Assembly: GCA_018897875.1 (NCBI GenBank)
Contig: JAHIKF010000156.1
Location: 1-34,663, forward strand
Length of the DNA: 34,663 nt
From: Pseudomonadota bacterium
GTDB lineage: Bacteria > Desulfobacterota > Desulfobaccia > Desulfobaccales > 0-14-0-80-60-11
Direction: 5' to 3'
In this document: positions 15,702 through 23,421 of the stretch, in pieces
Position numbering within the stretch: position 1 is the stretch's first letter
Layout of the letters: each line of letters begins with the position of its first letter
The notes under the pieces: generated by a model
The model's input: the letters and a program-made list of their open reading frames with translations, nothing else
What the model was told of the DNA's origin: nothing
The model's database searches: none
Position numbers and translations under genes: made by a program

Positions 15702-16190
15702 TCAGTCCATAAACCGGCCGTCGTCCCTGGCGCCTTGGAGCCGGTCCAGATTTTCAGCCAGCCAGCCGCTGGTCGCCCCGTCCCGGCGATCAAACCGGTC
15801 CACGTAAGGCTTGATGTCCAAAAGCGGCGTGCCGTCCACGATATCCACCTCCCGGATGTAGAGCCGCGTGCCGTCGATGCGCTCCAACCGCACGGTGGAA
15901 ATGCCGATGGGGTTCGGTCGGGCCGGCGCCCGGGTGGCAAACAGGCCGCGTTTTTGGTCATCCAGAAAGGGCTGCACCAGGAGGGAAAATCCCGGGGCCA
16001 GATGAAAGTAGTAGACCAAAATGAGGTGGGAAAAACCTTCCAGGTCTCTAAGGCCCTCCCCATATTCCGGGAACACCTCCACCATCCCCTGGGTCCCGGC
16101 CGCCGCGCCCGGTTGAATAGGCGTGCCCGGCGGTGCCTTAAAAGGCGAACGCACCGTGCCGATGGGCCTTAAAACAATCTCGGTTGGCAT
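15702..16190 (-). CDS. trmO: tRNA (t6A37) methyltransferase TrmO/TsaA (YaeB) family
   Basis: IVLRPIGTVRSPF...EGFSHLILVYYFH...RAPARPNPIGISTVRLERIDG..LYIREVDIVDGTPLLDIKPYV is the TsaA-like fold signature. The Met at 16190 has GGAG 7 nt upstream. The track ORF extends to 16304 without family support. Confidence 0.85.
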   Translation of the reverse strand: MPTEIVLRPIGTVRSPFKAPPGTPIQPGAAAGTQGMVEVFPEYGEGLRDLEGFSHLILVYYFHLAPGFSLLVQPFLDDQKRGLFATRAPARPNPIGISTVRLERIDGTRLYIREVDIVDGTPLLDIKPYVDRFDRRDGATSGWLAENLDRLQGARDDGRFMD

Positions 16191-16473
16191 ATGACTCCGG
16201 GCTTGAACCCGGCCCGCGTCCCTCACGGTTCTGGTCCGCGGGCCGGACCATGATAGGTGAACCGCCGGTTTGCCGCCTTTCGCCTGCATCCCGGCAAACC
16301 GCACCGGCGACCGGTGCCGCCGGTTCCGGTGACTGGCCGCTTAGCCTCCTGCCAACATCAGTTTACCGCCCTTTACCGCGACTGGCAATAGAGCCATCCT
16401 GGCCATCCTGGCCCCCAGGCCATATAGCCGGTACCCGCGCCCCTGGATAGGGCTTGGTTGCGCTCCGGCTGCT

Positions 16474-17066
16474 TCAATGGTCGTGATTCAAACGCCCGTC
16501 TTTCAGATGGTAGACGGAGTCGAAACCCTCGATCATCCGCACGTCATGGGTCACCACGATGACCGCCGACTGGTTCTCTTTGGCGATCTTCTTCAGCAGT
16601 TCCATGACCCTTTTGCCGCGCCCGGTATCCAGCGACGCGGTGGGTTCATCAGCCAGGATGAGCCGGGGATTGTTGGCCAGGGCCCGGGCGATGGCGACCC
16701 GCTGTTGTTCGCCGCCGAAGAGGAGGGCCGGGAGATAATCGGCCCGCTCACTGATTTCCATGTATTCCAGGAGTTCCCGGACCCGGGCCTCGGCCGCCTC
16801 GCCTTTTATGCCCACCAGGCTTAACGGGAAGAGCACGTTCTGGCGCGCGGTCAAAAAGGGGATGAGGTTATGGGATTGGAAAATAAAGCCCATCTTTTCC
16901 CGGCGGATACGGCGGATATCAACGCCGGCCCAGCCGTTTTGTTGGTGGATGGTCTCGCCGTCGAAGACGATCTTGCCGCTGGTGGGCTCCAAAATCAGGC
17001 TGGCGCAGAGCAGCATGGTGGTTTTGCCCGAACCGCTGGGTCCCAGGAGCGCCACCAAATCGCCGC
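16474..17066 (-). pseudogene. ABC transporter ATP-binding protein (MacB/LolD-type), 5'-truncated
   Basis: Intact from the Walker A onward: GDLVALLGPSGSGKTT, Q-loop, [31 protein letters not shown]. The roughly 30 codons before Walker A (MGNRWCTCRCPTPRKSCFSGTMRKSATSAG) are the out-of-frame reading of permease-coding DNA. Confidence 0.65.
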
Positions 17067-17068
17067 CC

Positions 17069-17665
17069 GCGCTGGTTGCGGATTTCCTCATTGTCCCGCT
17101 GAAACAGGACTTCCTGGGCGTCGGGCAGCGACAGGTACACCAGCGGTTCCCCATCGGGCGAGATCGCCTCTCGGGTCAAACCCACCACCGTATAGGTATG
17201 GAGCCCCAGGGGGACCTGGTCTCCCAGCTTCACCCCCAGCTTTTCGTGAGCCACCATCTCGTAGTGGGCCCGGGCGATACTCCGGCCGGCGTGAATCTTT
17301 TGCGGGCCGCCCAACCCGTCAAAGACGTCATAGCCGATGATGCTGAAATGCCGGCTCTGGCCGCCCACCTGTCTTTCCACGGTATAAAAAATAAAGGGGC
17401 TGGCCTGCTCCACCCCGGGGATGGCCTTGACGCTGTAATGGTAAAACTCCGGCATGGTGGACGTTTCATTGAACGGCCCGCCGCGCTGCCGTTCCACCAC
17501 CCACAGATCGGGATTCGTGGCCTTGATAACCGCCAGGCCTTCGTGAATGTTGCCCCGGTACAGGCCATTCATGGCCAGGACGATGGTAAATAAAAGGCCC
17601 ACGCCGATCACGGTGGCGATAAACCGGCCCTTATGCAGCTTCAGGTCGTGGACGGCCAGATCCAT
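17069..17665 (-). pseudogene. FtsX/MacB-type ABC permease, N-terminal fragment only (TM1 + periplasmic domain)
   Basis: MDLAVHDLKLHKGRFIATVIGVGLLFTIVLAMNG (TM1) is followed by a periplasmic-domain-like sequence up to ...LSLPDAQEVLFQRDNEEIRNQR. The frame then runs into ATPase DNA out of frame. The C-terminal three-TM FtsX domain (about 200 aa) is absent. Confidence 0.65.
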
Positions 17666-18746
17666 TAATTGCCCTGGGCCGCGGCGGGCTGGAGTTCCGG
17701 CCGGATCTTTTTCCCCGGTGCCATGCCGATGGGGTTAAGGATGACCAATTCCCCGGCCTTCAGGCCCGTTAGCACCGCGGTCTGTTTGCCATCGTTAAGC
17801 CCAGGGTAACCTTCCGGAAGCGCACCAGGCCCTTATCCGCCACCAGGACGCCCTGTAGGCCGTTTTGGCTCCTCAGGGCCGACAAGGGAATGCCGGGGCC
17901 AGTCTGGCGCCCGGTATCAATATCCACTTCGGCTTCCTCGCCCATGACCAGGGGTTCGGGCAGTTGGGCGAATTTTACATTCACCTCCAATTCCCGGGTA
18001 ACGGTGTCCGCCTCCTGGTTGAGCCGGGCGACTTCACCCTGAAATAACCGCCCGGAGCGCAGCTTGATGGCCGCGGGCTGACCGGCCTGCAATTGGGCCA
18101 CCTGGGTGGCATCGATCCAGGCCGCCACCCAGATCTGGTTCAGGTCCACCATTTGGAAGATGGGACTGCCCGAGGGCACCGTGGTTCCCACTTCCGCCTT
18201 GCGCACGGTAATCAAGCCGTCCATGGGGGCGACGATCCGGGTATAGCCGTGCAGCGCCTCAGCCGCATGGGTTTCCGATTCCGCCTGTTTGACTGAGGCC
18301 TGCATGGCCGTTACCGCGGCCTGAAACGCCGCGACTTCGCTTTCGGCTACCCGGAGTTGGGCCTTGGTGGTGTCAAAGGAGGCTTTAGAGATGTCGCCGG
18401 GTTTGAATACCTCCAGGTCCCGCTGGTAATTGCTTCGGGCCAGGCCCAAGTTGGCCTGGGCCTTGACCAGGTCGGCCTGGGACCGGGCCAGGTCCCGTTG
18501 GGCCCGGCTCCTGGCCCCCTGATCGGCATAGAGTTTTTCCAGGATGCCGGTGATCTTGGGGCTCACGGTTACCGGCACCTTGCACTGCACCGTACCCGGG
18601 CCGTGCACCCGGCCGTGAATTTCCACCTGCTGGACCGCGATGACCGGCACCGGCGGCCTATACCAGACCAGGCGGTAGCCCAGCAGAATGATGATGAGAA
18701 TGCCGCTGCCGGCCCACACCGCCTTCTTGCCATGCGGCATTTTCAC
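17665..18746 (-). pseudogene. HlyD-family periplasmic adaptor (membrane fusion protein) with a 3' frameshift
   Basis: The track ORF stops at 17769 (..VTLGLTMANRPRC*). Shifting one base near 17793-17800 continues as DGKQTAVLTGLKAGELVILNPIGMAPGKKIRPELQPAAAQGN*, the canonical MFP C-terminus. That reading ends in TAATG overlapping the permease start at 17665. Confidence 0.7.
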
Positions 18747-20098
18747 TGCTTCTGACCTCCCCTGCCGCTCTCCGGCAAAGACTCCACGGCCTTGGAACCG
18801 GCGATCTGCTTGAGCCGCGCCCGGCCGATCTCATAGGCCACGGCATATTTGATGTAGGTAAACCGGGAACTGGTCAGATCGACCTGGGCTTGGAACACAT
18901 CCAGGCCGATGGGCTTGCCATGCCGGTACAGGGCCTCGGCACTGGCATAGGCCTCTTGGTTGGTGGCTATGGTCTGCCGGGTGGTAGCCACTCCCTGGCG
19001 AGCGTTCTCCTGGTCTTTCCAGGCCGTGGTCAGATCCACCTTGATGCCGTTGAGACGATCCCGCTTTTTCTCCAGCAGTTGCAGGCTCTGGGAGTGGGCT
19101 TTGGCCACCTGGGCCTTGGTCAGGCCCCCTTCAAAAAAGGGATACTCCATGAAAACCCCGGCGATCCACTCCGCCTTAGTGCCTCCCAGATCCCGGTGGC
19201 GGACGTCGCTGCCCGCCTGCAGGCTGACTTCGGGCAAATAAGACCCCCGGGCCGCCTTGACCAGGGTCTGGCTCTGCTCGATCTCCAAACTGAGCCTCTT
19301 CAATTCAGGATTGGTTTTCAACGTTTCTTGCCACAGGGTATTGATCGCCGCCGCGGCAGCAAACTCCCGGGGCAGTTCGCCCTTAATATCCACCGGCGCC
19401 GGATCCTTTAACCCCATGGTGCGTGACAGGATTTCCCGGGCCAGGCGCACCGCGTTGTCCGCCTCCACCACCGCCTGCTCCGCCTCTGAAACCTGGGACT
19501 GGGCCCGGAACGAATCCAGGTGAGTGATTTTGCCGGCCTGGAAAAAGGCTTGCGTGAGTTTGGCGAACTCCTGCCGCTGCCCCAAGGCCTCCCGGGCCAC
19601 CTTTAGATTCTCCTTGGCCTCGATGAGGCGATAGAAGGCCTCGGTCACCGCAAACGCCACTTCATCCCAAGTGCGTTGGACCTCCTCCTTCTGGGCCTCG
19701 CTGCCGTATCTGGCCGCCCGGGTATTGTTGTAGGTTTTTAAGCCGTCAAAGATGATCTGCTTGCCCGTAACCGCAGTTAAGCCCTCTCGCTTGAACAACT
19801 CCTGGTTGGTGAGGGCTCCGGCAGTGAACCGGTTAGGCGGCACCCGATCATAATAGGACGTCAGGACGAGCCGGGGAAAGAACTTGGAACGGGCCGCGTT
19901 ATAGTCTGCCAGCAATTCCCGGATTTTTTCCCGGGAGGCGCTGAGCACCGGGTTTTTTCCCGGGCCAGACCCAGGCATTCATCCAGGCTCAAGGCGCGGT
20001 AATCTTGCCCCAGGGCCATGAACCGGATAGAGCAGAACCAGGATCATGACCCAGACCAAGGCTGGAATCGGCCGGATACGGTTTAATCCGAAGTGCAT
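18743..20098 (-). pseudogene. TolC-like outer membrane efflux protein (OEP family) with a disrupted 5' region
   Basis: The ATG at 20098 has an SD (GGGAG) and encodes a signal-peptide-like MHFGLNRIRPIPALVWVMILVLLYPVHG. The canonical OEP N-terminal motif (QDYRALSLDECLGLAREK) is present only in a different frame, between a G4 run (20008-20011) and an A6 run (19953-19958). The actual frame hits TGA at 19979-19981. The rest (18743-19978) is an intact OEP-like ORF. Confidence 0.65.
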
Positions 20099-20334
20099 GC
20101 AGGGCTCCCGGAGGCTGAAGGTCCCGGAGAGGGCACCGGGGTTGTCTGTTAAACCCCAAGCGTCTAAAAAACCGGCGCGCCCCCAAAGATTTTTTCGCCA
20201 GGCTGACGCCTCTATCGGTTGCCAAAAATTATTGCCCCTTGAACCAATGATAATATTTCCATAAACAAAAATCACCCGGAGCCGCCAGCGCCGGGTTTAT
20301 GCAACCCCTCCGAGTCTGCCCCCGAAAAATTTAT

Positions 20335-20475
20335 GGCTAAGCGTTCAGCTTTCAGCGGTAAGCGGTAAGCTTTATGTACCATAACAATTGGTTGCATTAT
20401 TCCAGTAAATCAATCTTTATCGACCCGATTTGGTAACTCCTTGTTTTGGCAAGCTGACTGCTTAACGCTGAAGGC
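20335..20475. repeat. inverted blocks of degenerate heptamer repeats (GCTGAAA/GCTGAAC/GCTTACC-like) flanking an AT-rich spacer
   Basis: 20335-20370 is gctaagcgttcagctttcagcggtaagcggtaagc, and 20448-20475 is ggcaagctgactgcttaacgctgaaggc. The two blocks are in opposite orientation and have 7-nt periodicity. AAATTTATGG is also directly repeated (20328 and 20478 regions). Confidence 0.3.
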
Positions 20476-20511
20476 ATAAATTTATGGTATGATGCCATAA
20501 TGGTCATATAG

Positions 20512-22242
20512 ATGCGCCGCCTCGCTACCTTTTGCCTCCTCCTGGGTTATCTTCTCTGCGGCTGCGGCCAAAACGCCGCGGCGCCGGCAGGGGCCTTTCC
20601 GCCCTTTTATCCCGAGGCGCAGCCCTTTCGGAGCGCCATTGGCCTGACCAAAAACACTCCCTTGCCCCTTCGCATCACCGGTCTGACCGTGCCGCATCAC
20701 CTGCTGGCCGCCGACCTCATCGCCGACGCCTTCGCCCTGGCCTCCGGCCAGGCTTACCGGCGGATCATTATCCTCAGCCCCGATCACTTTGAACGGAGTT
20801 CGACGCCGTTCGCCGTAGCCATACGCAACTTTCAGACGGTCATGGGCGAGGTCCCCATCGATGCCGCCGCCGTAGACATCCTCCGGGAAAACCCCCTGGT
20901 GTCGGCGTCCAATCTCTTTTCCCACGAACATGGCGTCCGGGCGCTTCTGCCGTTTGTGGCGCATTATTTTCCCGGCGCCTGGGTCGTGGCCGTGGCGATA
21001 CACCGGGACAGCCAGCCCTCCCAGTGGGATTCCCTGGCCCAAACCATGGCCCCGCTCCTGACCTCCGACACCCTCGTGCTCCAAAGCACGGACTTTTCAC
21101 ACTACCTCCCCTGGCCCCAGGCCCGGCGGCATGACCAGGAAACCCTGCGGGTCCTGAGCGCCGGCGACCCCGACGCGGTACTCGGCCTCAAGCAACCGCA
21201 GCATCTGGATTCCCGGGGGGGCCAATACCTCCAGCTCCGGCTCCAAAAACAGGTGCATCAGGCCCGGCCAACGGTGATGGCGTCCCGCAACTCTCAGGAA
21301 TATACGGCCCAGCCGCTTGAATCCACCACCAGCTACCTGGTCCAGGTCTATAGCCCCGAAAACCTGCTTGTTCACGGGGTCCAGAGGTTCTTCTTCGCCG
21401 GCGACACCTTCTTTGGCCGCTACCTGGCCGCCAAACTGGCCCGGCAGCCGTGGCGGGAGGGGCTGGTCAAACGGGTGCGGCAGCTCACCGGCGGCGCCCC
21501 CCTCATCGTCAACCTGGAAGGCGTCGTGATGGCCCAGTGCCCTGCCGACCCCGGCCCCCTGAAGTTGTGCATGGCCGCCCGCCCGACCCTGGATATACTC
21601 CGGGACCTCAACGTGGTGGCGGTGAGCCTGGCCAACAATCACACCCATGACTTCGGCGAGTCTTCCTACCGCACCATGCAGCGCCTCCTTATCGATGCCG
21701 GCATCACCGGGCTGGAACACGGCACCGTGAAAGATCTGGGGCCTTTCCAATTGGCCGCCGCAACCGACCTGGACAACCGGGAAAAACCCGTGCGGGCCTT
21801 GCTCACCGATGCCGATCTGCGCCGCTTCGATGCCATGCCGCCGGACAAGCCCCGCTTCGCCTTCCTGCACTGGGGCCAGGAGTTCACGGCCACCCCCGGC
21901 CCCCGGGAACAGGCCCTGGCAGCCAGGCTCAACGCGGGAGGCGTCGAACTCATCATCGGCAGCCATCCCCACCGGGCCGGCGCTCTCTACGGCGACCGCC
22001 AGCTGTGCCTGGTCTACTCCCTGGGCAACTTCATCTTTGACCAGCGCCGGCCGGAGGTTTCCGGGGCCCTTCTGGAAGTCATTTTCTTCCCCCAGGGAAC
22101 GTATTTTCTGCGGCTACACCCCCTGGGCAATCTCTATGAGGAAAATTTTTCGGCCCGCCAGGATACCGCGCCTTTCTCTCAGGTCACCGCGCTGCGCCTA
22201 TCCGGCTGGGGCCAGGAATCAAGAGCTTATCTCAATAAGTAA
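20512..22242 (+). CDS. secreted/lipoprotein fusion: MEMO/LigB-superfamily-like N-terminal domain + CapA (PGA_cap, metallophosphatase-like) C-terminal domain
   Basis: 576-aa ORF. Signal peptide with a lipobox-like LLCGCG. N-domain LTVPHHLLAADL...RIIILSPDHF...FSHEHG. C-domain FFFAGDTFFGRY, VNLEG, VSLANNHTHDFG, FLHWGQEF, LIIGSHPHR, YSLGNFIFDQ (CapA family pattern). Confidence 0.8.
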   Translation: MRRLATFCLLLGYLLCGCGQNAAAPAGAFPPFYPEAQPFRSAIGLTKNTPLPLRITGLTVPHHLLAADLIADAFALASGQAYRRIIILSPDHFERSSTPFAVAIRNFQTVMGEVPIDAAAVDILRENPLVSASNLFSHEHGVRALLPFVAHYFPGAWVVAVAIHRDSQPSQWDSLAQTMAPLLTSDTLVLQSTDFSHYLPWPQARRHDQETLRVLSAGDPDAVLGLKQPQHLDSRGGQYLQLRLQKQVHQARPTVMASRNSQEYTAQPLESTTSYLVQVYSPENLLVHGVQRFFFAGDTFFGRYLAAKLARQPWREGLVKRVRQLTGGAPLIVNLEGVVMAQCPADPGPLKLCMAARPTLDILRDLNVVAVSLANNHTHDFGESSYRTMQRLLIDAGITGLEHGTVKDLGPFQLAAATDLDNREKPVRALLTDADLRRFDAMPPDKPRFAFLHWGQEFTATPGPREQALAARLNAGGVELIIGSHPHRAGALYGDRQLCLVYSLGNFIFDQRRPEVSGALLEVIFFPQGTYFLRLHPLGNLYEENFSARQDTAPFSQVTALRLSGWGQESRAYLNK

Positions 22243-22267
22243 CCTGACCGGAGGTTATGACCACCCC

Positions 22268-23053
22268 ATGAAAAAAATCGGATTGGCGCTGGGTTCGGGC
22301 GGAGCCAAAGGAATCAGCCACATAGCTTTTCTCAAGGCCCTGGATGAATTGGGCGTGCGGCCGGCGGTCATCGCCGGTACCAGTATTGGGGCCGTCATCG
22401 GCGGCTTTTATGCCGCCGGGGTCTCCGGGGCTCGGCTGGAGCAACTGCTCAAGGAAATCGGTTTCCGGGACCTCTACAAGATTGTCCTGGACTTCTCCAT
22501 TCTGAGCCAGTCCGCCATCTTCACCGGCAAAGGCGTGGAAGATTTTCTCTCCCGTGAGATTCCGGCCCGCACCTTCGAAGAAATGGAGATTCCCTTTAAA
22601 GTCGTAGCCACGAATTTTTGGGACCGCGGCCAGGTGGTATTCGAAAGCGGCAGCCTCACCAACGCCATCCGGGCCTCCATGGCCATGCCGGCAGTATTCG
22701 AACCGGTGCGCCTCAACGACATGGTCCTGGTTGACGGCGGCGCAGTGAACCCCTTGCCTTACGACCTCATTCAATCGCAGTGTGATCTGACCATTGCCAT
22801 TGATGTCTCCGGCGAAAAGACCTATGCCCCGGGTAATCCGGTCCCCAATATGGTGGAAAGCATCCTGTCCACCTTCCAGATCATGCAAGCCTCCATTGTG
22901 GAGGCCAAGAGGAAACTGTTGCCGCCGGATATCTATGTCAAACCGGCTTTGACCAATATCCGGGTGCTGGACTTTTACCGCTATAAAGCAATCCTGGCGG
23001 GAGTGCAGGAAGAAGTGCAACGCTTTAAGGAAGACTTGCAAAACCTGCTTTAG
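22268..23053 (+). CDS. patatin-like phospholipase (RssA-type)
   Basis: Start at MKKIGLALGSGGAKG (oxyanion GGxK/R), nucleophile elbow GTSIGA, catalytic Asp in LVDGGAVNPLP. GGAGG lies upstream. The longer track ORF (from 21809) overlaps the preceding gene in another frame. Confidence 0.9.
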   Translation: MKKIGLALGSGGAKGISHIAFLKALDELGVRPAVIAGTSIGAVIGGFYAAGVSGARLEQLLKEIGFRDLYKIVLDFSILSQSAIFTGKGVEDFLSREIPARTFEEMEIPFKVVATNFWDRGQVVFESGSLTNAIRASMAMPAVFEPVRLNDMVLVDGGAVNPLPYDLIQSQCDLTIAIDVSGEKTYAPGNPVPNMVESILSTFQIMQASIVEAKRKLLPPDIYVKPALTNIRVLDFYRYKAILAGVQEEVQRFKEDLQNLL

Positions 23054-23178
23054 AATTGGGTTGCAAGAATATTTTTATAACATCATTATTCCATCTACAG
23101 AGGGAAGGCGGAGCGTATCCGCGGGTGCGCCCCGACGTTTATAGCATTTGCCAAAAATTCCTTCCCATTGATAATTTT

Positions 23179-23274
23179 TAAATCCCCCTAAATCCCCCTT
23201 TTTCAAAGGGGGACTTTCAAGGGAATTCCGCCAAGTTCCCCCCTTTGGTAAAGGGGGGGTAGGGGGGATTTAGG
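23179..23274. repeat. pair of inverted G5/C5-rich units of about 37 nt (AAATCCCCCTAAATCCCCCTTTTTCAAAGGGGGACTT family)
   Basis: The unit at 23180-23216 (+) and its inverted copy at 23238-23274 each contain a CCCCC-TTTxxAAA-GGGGG hairpin. The same unit pair occurs at 29346-29430. Confidence 0.6.
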
Positions 23275-23421
23275 TTCTTGGAGTATGTGCCATAAAGGAA
23301 AAAACTTTTGGCAACTGCTATAATTCGTTCTTTTTTACATGCAGCTCGTTGATATTTTCTCTGGTTTGGAACCCCGGTCATGAGGGACGGGAGGCCGGCA
23401 GCACCGGACAGGGAGGCAGGT

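Noticed and set aside
19979-20275. 98-aa ORF as an independent gene, or TGA at 19979-19981 as a second selenocysteine codon joining it to the OMP ORF in the same frame
   Set aside because: The peptide around the TGA (ARLPRLEPG-*-MPGSGPGK) has no OEP similarity. The alternative frame between two homopolymer runs encodes the canonical LSLDECLGLAREK helix. Outer-membrane channels are not a known selenoprotein family. A double frameshift is the simpler reading.
21809-22267. N-terminal 153 codons of the 414-aa track ORF containing the patatin domain
   Set aside because: This part overlaps the 3' end of the CapA-like gene in another frame and is Pro/Ser/Arg-rich. The patatin domain begins at the Met at 22268, which has an SD.
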